12,775 nucleotides of DNA from Verrucomicrobiota bacterium (GTDB lineage Bacteria > Verrucomicrobiota > Verrucomicrobiia > Opitutales > Seribacteraceae), in assembly GCA_027622665.1 (NCBI GenBank), contig JAQBYT010000057.1, positions 1-12,775 on the forward strand, read 5' to 3'. Below, in pieces: positions 7,178 through 12,775 of the stretch (positions are counted from its first letter, which is position 1; each line of letters opens with the position of its first letter). The notes beneath the pieces were generated by a model that saw only the letters and a program-made list of their open reading frames with translations, searched no databases and was not told the origin of the DNA. The position numbers and the translations under genes were made by a program.

Positions 7178-7801
7178 ATGAAAAAACTGATGCGCGAAGT
7201 TTACGTTGATGGTGAGCAAGTGGTGTTTGAGGGTGAAGTGCCCGAAAAACCTACCGAAATCTATGAGTTACTGATGAGCGTCCTCAGTGAACAGGGCAGG
7301 GCGGTCACCGGATTTGCCTCCGACGGCGTCGACCTGCTCTCGGGGGAGCCCCCTCCCGAGACCTTTCAGCGGATCGATGCCTCCAGTCTAAGTCATAGGG
7401 AACTTACACTACAGGTGATTAGGGCATTTCTGGATAAGATGGGAACCATCGGCGAAGACCTTCGTTCCTACTCCAAAAACATTCTAACAATAGGCTGGTC
7501 AGATGTTTTTCGGCGGATGGACGAGTTCATAGGCAAGATCAAGCCTTTTGCCGATCTGTTCGACAATCTCACCCCTTATGCCAACACTTACTCTCCCGAA
7601 TGGTCGACCGGATTGGAACAGTTTGCTTCGGAACAGGCGGATTGCTTGGAGCGAGTGCTTTTATGCTTCGAATCCGGGGACGTCTCGGGCCTTTCCAATG
7701 AAATCGCACTAGGCTTCGTGCCATTGTTCGAACGCAGTCAAAAGTTTCTTACCGAAGAAGCGGTCACCGAACTAGAGGAACCCATGGAAAACGAATCGTG
7801 A
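7178..7801 (+). CDS. Hypothetical helical protein translationally coupled to maf
   Basis: Long acidic ORF. Start is uncertain (TTG 7151, ATG 7178 or ATG 7190). The stop overlaps the next start (GTGA, 7798-7801). Confidence 0.8.
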   Translation: MKKLMREVYVDGEQVVFEGEVPEKPTEIYELLMSVLSEQGRAVTGFASDGVDLLSGEPPPETFQRIDASSLSHRELTLQVIRAFLDKMGTIGEDLRSYSKNILTIGWSDVFRRMDEFIGKIKPFADLFDNLTPYANTYSPEWSTGLEQFASEQADCLERVLLCFESGDVSGLSNEIALGFVPLFERSQKFLTEEAVTELEEPMENES

Positions 7802-9672
7802 GCATGGCGCCAATACTAGCAGCGAACGAGGCCGTACTGAGGAGGCGTTTCCCCTTCGTCCACCATCGACTTGCTCAAGTCGGTGATCGTACCTCGGACG
7901 ATTGCTTTTACGAAAAAACCAACACCGGCCTCAAGCTTTTCATCCGCAAAGGGGAAAAGCAATTTCCCGCTTACGGGGAGAAGAAGCCCGAAAAGCTAAT
8001 AGAGAGATGGCTTTCAAATCTGGTTCTTGCTCCTGAATCACTTTATGGGGTAAGCGGTTTTGGGGATGGCTCTCACCTAAAAAGGTTTCTCGAAGACACG
8101 CCGGTAGGCACTAATGTTTTCGCGGCGGAAAAAGATACTGCTCTGCTTCGAGAAACACTGAGCCTCATCGACGTGTCCTCCATTCTTGCGAATGAACGAT
8201 TGTTTCTAGGCGTGGGAGAACCTGACGACGAATTTTTTCGCGACATAGAGACAGTTGCTCTAAATGGAGTGCGGAATGTAGACACTATCGTCTTTTCTCC
8301 ACTGTATTCATTGGATGAAAGCTATTACGACCGGATGCGCAATGAGATGATGCGGCAATATCTGGTCATCAGGCCCCTCATTGAGGTTAATGTCCGTACC
8401 GCGATAAACATTCAGGAAAACACCCTTGAAAACCTCACCTTACTAGCCAATTCACCAGACATTGGGAAACTGGCAAACCGCTTTGCCGATGTTCCATTTA
8501 TTTTGATTGGAGCAGGTCCCTCTCTCGATGACTCAATAGACTTTCTTAAATCCGTAAAGGACAAGGCAATAATAGTCTGCAGTAACAGTCCCTACAGAAA
8601 GCTGATCAATAGTGGCATTCGCCCCCATCTAGTCGTTACTGCAGACCCCATGTCTCCCACCTTGCAAGGTTTCCAGAACGTTTCTCTTGATGGAGTGCCT
8701 TTGGCAGCCCCATTTAGCGCATTCCCGGAAATAATAAAACGCTTTGCAGGCCGAGTAATTACATGGAACACGTTAAACCCCATAGTTGCGGCCCTCAAGG
8801 AAAGAACCGGCATTAAACCTGGCACTCAGATTCTAGAAAAAGGCACCGTATCTTCATGCGTGCTAGATATTTCTCGCGTTCTGGGCTGCAAAAAAGTTCT
8901 TTTCATCGGACAGGACATGGCTATTCGCCAAGACGGTAAATATTATGTGGAGGATTCTGCTTACGGTGATTCCGGCGCCCATTATGCATCCATCGATCAG
9001 GTGCAAAACTTACCTGGTAATACTCTCGAAAAAGTCCCTGTAGAGGGACGGTTGTTCGTCTACCTCAAGACATTCGAGGAGTTCATAGCCCAAAACCCTC
9101 AAGTTCAATACCGCAACTTAGCCGAGTTCGGCGCATTGGTCAAAGGAGCACCATACCAAACCTTTGAACAAGCTAGCGAATGGATAATGAACGGCGATTC
9201 ATCAGCATTCGAGAAATCGTTGAACGATCTTTTTATCGAACAAAACCAAAAAGGTGACATCGATTTGAATGAAATCTTTGCTCCGACCCAAAAATACGTC
9301 GAATCAATCCTTGAAAAATCGCTTTCCGCTGCACTTCGTATCGAAATGCTACCGGCAAAATATGCCGAACTGAATTATTCCAACAATCCAAAACTCAAGA
9401 AAATCCTAGAGCTGGCAAACGAAGTAAATGCATTAGTCGACTCAAGAAAATTGGATTGGAGTATACTCTTTGAAGGCAAGACTAAGGGGGAATTGGTCAA
9501 CTACAAGAAAATCATAAGGCACATATCCGGGCCTAATGAGACGTGGTCCAGTATCTGCAGAAACAAAGAATATTACTGGGCTTTAGCGGAAGGGGCTCAC
9601 TGGCTACTGATGCTATTGGATAAACATTTACAGCTTGAGGTCAAAAAAGAAGAAATTGCTCGACCGGGCTGA
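7798..9672 (+). CDS. maf: Motility-associated factor (Maf) flagellin glycosyltransferase, DUF115/MptE-like family
   Basis: Motifs ILIGAGPSL, GIRPHLVVTADP, GTVSS...LGCKKVLFIGQDMA. 624 aa. Lies between flagellin genes and fliD. Start is GTG 7798 or ATG 7804. Confidence 0.92.
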   Translation: MSMAPILAANEAVLRRRFPFVHHRLAQVGDRTSDDCFYEKTNTGLKLFIRKGEKQFPAYGEKKPEKLIERWLSNLVLAPESLYGVSGFGDGSHLKRFLEDTPVGTNVFAAEKDTALLRETLSLIDVSSILANERLFLGVGEPDDEFFRDIETVALNGVRNVDTIVFSPLYSLDESYYDRMRNEMMRQYLVIRPLIEVNVRTAINIQENTLENLTLLANSPDIGKLANRFADVPFILIGAGPSLDDSIDFLKSVKDKAIIVCSNSPYRKLINSGIRPHLVVTADPMSPTLQGFQNVSLDGVPLAAPFSAFPEIIKRFAGRVITWNTLNPIVAALKERTGIKPGTQILEKGTVSSCVLDISRVLGCKKVLFIGQDMAIRQDGKYYVEDSAYGDSGAHYASIDQVQNLPGNTLEKVPVEGRLFVYLKTFEEFIAQNPQVQYRNLAEFGALVKGAPYQTFEQASEWIMNGDSSAFEKSLNDLFIEQNQKGDIDLNEIFAPTQKYVESILEKSLSAALRIEMLPAKYAELNYSNNPKLKKILELANEVNALVDSRKLDWSILFEGKTKGELVNYKKIIRHISGPNETWSSICRNKEYYWALAEGAHWLLMLLDKHLQLEVKKEEIARPG

Positions 9673-9686
9673 GTTCTGACTCTCGT

Positions 9687-9702
9687 CCGGTGTTAACCCC
9701 GG
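9687..9702. promoter_or_regulatory. Imperfect palindrome (enhancer-binding site or weak terminator stem)
   Basis: CCGGTGTTAACCCCGG is 14/16 self-complementary. It lies 15 nt after the maf stop and ~70 nt upstream of the sigma-54 motif. Confidence 0.3.
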
Positions 9703-9768
9703 CTTTCTCAATTGCCTCAAAACGGCGGTTCCTCTTTTTTCGGTTTGCCGGAACGCAATTTCGTCCTG

Positions 9769-9784
9769 TGGCATAAACAATGCT
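9769..9784 (+). promoter_or_regulatory. Sigma-54 (-24/-12) promoter for fliD
   Basis: TGGCATAAACAATGCT has exact GG-N10-GC spacing versus consensus TGGCACG-N4-TTGC(A/T), ~85 nt upstream of the fliD ATG. Confidence 0.62.
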
Positions 9785-9869
9785 ACACGTGATGACGTAC
9801 ACATGAATTCCTCTAAGTCATTATACATACGCTTTGCTTCGCTCATTGCTTCATTTCTGATTATTTCCA

Positions 9870-12775
9870 ATGGGTTCTGAATTAGCACTTTCAGGTTTGG
9901 CGTCCGGCTTTGACTGGCAACCTGTCGTCGAACAACTTATTGAGCTTGAGGCTATTCCGAAAAAACGCCTACAGCTCGAAAAGCGGCAGAACGATGAGAA
10001 AATGTCTGAGCTTGGCCTTTTGAAAGGTCAATTGGACACACTCAAGGGGGCTGCCACCGCCTTACAGAACGACGACCTCTTCGAAGCTCGAAAAGGAAGC
10101 CTCGATGAGGATGCAGGCAAGTTCATGTCAGCCAACGTCAAAGCCGGCGCAATGACGGGTTCCTACAAGATCGAGGTGTCCTTGCTTGGTTCCTCCACCT
10201 CAATGTCCTCAATTCGCCGCAAACCTCTTGGTTTGGGGCAAGCGCTGTCCTCGAAAGCAACGAATTTCCCGGTTACCGGTCTCGACATCAAGCTTGAGGA
10301 TCTTCCCCTGCAAACAGCGATTACGAAGGGCACCTTCACCGTGTCCAGCAGGACGTACGAAATTACCAACCTCGAGGAAACCCTGCAGGAACTAATGGAT
10401 CGAATTGCAGCCGATCCCGAGGACGATCAAACATCGGTAACCTTGGAATACGACGCGATCAACGACAAGATAATTGTCGACGGCAACGACTTGATCACCG
10501 ACCCCACTTTCACTGATACTCCTATTCTGGGTTCGCCCACCGACAGCAGCAACTTTCTGAAAGTTCTGCGCTTGCTGGATCAAATTTCCTTGAATCGCGA
10601 CGCCGACTACGAGGGCGACTCCGGCATTTCCATCTGGAGCGGTTCATCCTCAAGTCTCGCGAACCCGGAGAAGGCGGGTTGGTTGCGTCAAGACGACAAT
10701 GAGGAAGCATTGGCGGCTGATGACAATAAAATCTTCACGGCAAATGGAATTCCAACGGGAAAAGAGGTCTTGTATCGACGCAAAGCTGTTCACGACCAGT
10801 ACGAAGCGACCATGGGATACTCCACCGGTAACATCGTATATCGACACGGATACCTGTACGAAGCGCTCCAGGATTTCCCCACCACCGCGTGGACTAAAAC
10901 CGTCGACGCCTTAAACACCAAAGTCAGCCTTTCCAGTTTATCTCCATCCTCCGACAACTTTTGGCAATTGAAGAAGGACTTAGCGACCGATCGGGTAGGG
11001 GCATCGACAGGACAGGCAACTTTTTCGGCTGCTGTAGATACCGGGGGAGGCGCAGGTCAATACCATATCCCAACAGCAAGTACTGCGGGAACAACGGCCT
11101 TAAGTAACGCCTACAAAGCCGGAGACATCGTCAAAGCAGCCGACGGTTCATTTTTTCGTGCCGTTCAAGACAGGAAACTCGCCAACCTTACTTCAACCGA
11201 GGATTTCGGAAACATCGGACAGGCAATCGTCACCAGCAAGAATGCAAATGCCGGGGGATGGACTACCATCGCCGGAGTGGCAGGTGCTCCCGACGAGTTC
11301 CGACCAAACCACATTTTCGTCAAAGGTCGCATTTACGAAGCGAATACAAGCGGTGGAGCTACCCACTTCGGCTCAAGCAACGGTTTTGCCGAGCATGACG
11401 GGGTCACCGGGCAAGTGAATTTTTCCGGCGACGACTTAGTTGCGGGAAATGCGGCTGACGCTGCCGTAAATATGAAATTTTACCGGGCGAATGCAGCTTG
11501 GGACAACGTGACTGCTTTGCCCAATACCTCTACCGCGCATCCCACCAATTGGACGGCGGGTGAATTCGTACAAGCCGACGACAATAATTTCTACGAGGCG
11601 CATGCCGACTGGGCGAACGTTTCCACTCACTCAGCAACAACGAACTACGACCCGGCTGTAGCAACTTCGAAGTACGTACACTCGGGTACAGGCTCAACCA
11701 ACTTCTACGAGGCTCATGCCGATTGGACGGCAGTAGATGATTTTGCTAACGGCGGCAGCGTCAACAACATTGGAGCCACTGCGACTGATACGAATAAATA
11801 CGTATTTCACACGGGGCACAATAAATTCTACCAAGCCCAGCAAGACCTCAATCTAATTGCCGCCAAAGCGGAAACGATTATATATAACGCCGCTGGCACG
11901 ATGGCTCAAAAATTCGCTAAGTCCGGTACCGGGGCAGGCACGAACTTCTACAAGGCGAAAGCCGCTTGGGCTAATGTTACCGCATATACGGAAGATACTG
12001 CCGTAATCGGCATTAATACTAATGACTATCGGCAACTGACCTCAAACGGGGGTGCCAATGGCCGAATTTACCAGGCTCTCGGCAACCTCGGATCATTTGC
12101 GGCTCACGCCACAACAGCAAATCACACAGCGACCGACGTAGTTGAAAGCGGTGGCAATTACTGGAAAGCCAAGCTCACCACAGCCAGCCAAACTTTTGCG
12201 GGAGGGGGATTGACGACTGCTCAAGTCGTGCCAATGAATACGAACGATAGAGTGCTCGACACCGCCAACGGGAAGGTTTTTTCCGCCAATGCCACTCTCC
12301 AAGCCATACAGAATCACGCGGCAACAACCAACTACACCAACGAAGTCGTGGCCGGTCTTGGGGGATCGTTCTGGAAAGCACAACAAACCATTGCCAGCCA
12401 AACTTTTGGAGGAGGTGGATTGACGACTGGCCAAGTCGTGCCCATGAGTACGAATGATAGAGTACTCGACACCGCCAACGGGAAGGTTTTTGCCGCCAAA
12501 GCAACTCTCTCAGCCATACAGAATCACGCGGCAACAACCAACTACACTAACGAAGTCGTGGCCGGCGGAGGGTCGTTCTGGCAGGCACAGCAAACCATTG
12601 CCGGCCAAACTTTTGGAGCAGGCGGATTGTCGACTGCTCAAGTCGAGCCAATGAGTACGAACGATAGAGTGCTCGACACCGTCAACGGGAAGGTTTTTTC
12701 CGCTACAGCAACTCTCTCAGCCATACAGAATCACGCGGCAACAACCAACTACACTAACGAAGTCGTGGCCGGCGG
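9870..12775 (+). CDS. fliD: Giant flagellar filament cap protein FliD/HAP2 (at least 968 aa, 3' end beyond the window) with a repeat-rich insert
   Basis: ATG 9870 reads MGSELALSGLASGFDWQPVVEQLIELEAIPKKRLQ...AGAMTGSYKIEVSLL (FliD_N). I found no stop in this frame up to the window end (...NYTNEVVAG), consistent with its absence from the ORF track. Confidence 0.93.
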   Translation, partial: MGSELALSGLASGFDWQPVVEQLIELEAIPKKRLQLEKRQNDEKMSELGLLKGQLDTLKGAATALQNDDLFEARKGSLDEDAGKFMSANVKAGAMTGSYKIEVSLLGSSTSMSSIRRKPLGLGQALSSKATNFPVTGLDIKLEDLPLQTAITKGTFTVSSRTYEITNLEETLQELMDRIAADPEDDQTSVTLEYDAINDKIIVDGNDLITDPTFTDTPILGSPTDSSNFLKVLRLLDQISLNRDADYEGDSGISIWSGSSSSLANPEKAGWLRQDDNEEALAADDNKIFTANGIPTGKEVLYRRKAVHDQYEATMGYSTGNIVYRHGYLYEALQDFPTTAWTKTVDALNTKVSLSSLSPSSDNFWQLKKDLATDRVGASTGQATFSAAVDTGGGAGQYHIPTASTAGTTALSNAYKAGDIVKAADGSFFRAVQDRKLANLTSTEDFGNIGQAIVTSKNANAGGWTTIAGVAGAPDEFRPNHIFVKGRIYEANTSGGATHFGSSNGFAEHDGVTGQVNFSGDDLVAGNAADAAVNMKFYRANAAWDNVTALPNTSTAHPTNWTAGEFVQADDNNFYEAHADWANVSTHSATTNYDPAVATSKYVHSGTGSTNFYEAHADWTAVDDFANGGSVNNIGATATDTNKYVFHTGHNKFYQAQQDLNLIAAKAETIIYNAAGTMAQKFAKSGTGAGTNFYKAKAAWANVTAYTEDTAVIGINTNDYRQLTSNGGANGRIYQALGNLGSFAAHATTANHTATDVVESGGNYWKAKLTTASQTFAGGGLTTAQVVPMNTNDRVLDTANGKVFSANATLQAIQNHAATTNYTNEVVAGLGGSFWKAQQTIASQTFGGGGLTTGQVVPMSTNDRVLDTANGKVFAAKATLSAIQNHAATTNYTNEVVAGGGSFWQAQQTIAGQTFGAGGLSTAQVEPMSTNDRVLDTVNGKVFSATATLSAIQNHAATTNYTNEVVAG
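12161..12775 (+). repeat. In-frame tandem repeat in fliD, 210/207-nt unit, about 3 copies, reaching the window edge
   Basis: Units start at 12183, 12393 and 12600 (GCC[A/G]GCCAAACTTTTG). Unit 1 encodes ASQTFAGGGLTTAQVVPMNTNDRVLDTANGKVFSANATLQAIQNHAATTNYTNEVVAGLGGSFWKAQQTI. Confidence 0.95.

Noticed and set aside
7798..9672. Annotation as the folate/methanopterin enzyme MptE
   Set aside because: The DUF115 domain is shared, but length and flagellin-fliD context indicate a Maf glycosyltransferase.
8073..12654. Short ORFs overlapping maf and fliD, including 9628-9888 and the repeat-derived ORFs at 12093-12654
   Set aside because: They lie antisense or out of frame to maf or the long fliD frame.
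12161..12775. CRISPR array or DGR template/variable repeat
   Set aside because: Units are ~210 nt, contiguous and in-frame coding with no unique spacers. Differences are not adenine-specific, and no cas or reverse transcriptase gene is in the window.

Overview
Flagellar filament locus, probably from a Verrucomicrobiota (Opitutales-like) bacterium; this assignment comes only from recognising the flagellin and FliD termini and was not checked by a search. Minus strand, right to left: a 938-aa giant flagellin behind a sigma-28 promoter and several CsrA-type hairpins; two short degenerate flagellin-like ORFs (111 aa and 58 aa); a divergent 268-aa flagellin-like protein that keeps D1 but lacks recognisable D0 termini; a canonical 346-aa flagellin; and the 5' end of a near-identical flagellin running off the left edge. 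Plus strand: a hypothetical gene coupled to a Maf/DUF115 flagellin glycosyltransferase, then a sigma-54-like promoter and a giant FliD (at least 968 aa). FliD is open to the right edge and therefore missing from the ORF track. The most notable feature is that the giant flagellin and giant FliD both carry many aromatic repeats resembling CBM5/12 (ChtBD3) modules. These appear nested in the flagellin and recently expanded in FliD, suggesting a glycan-binding or adhesive flagellum.
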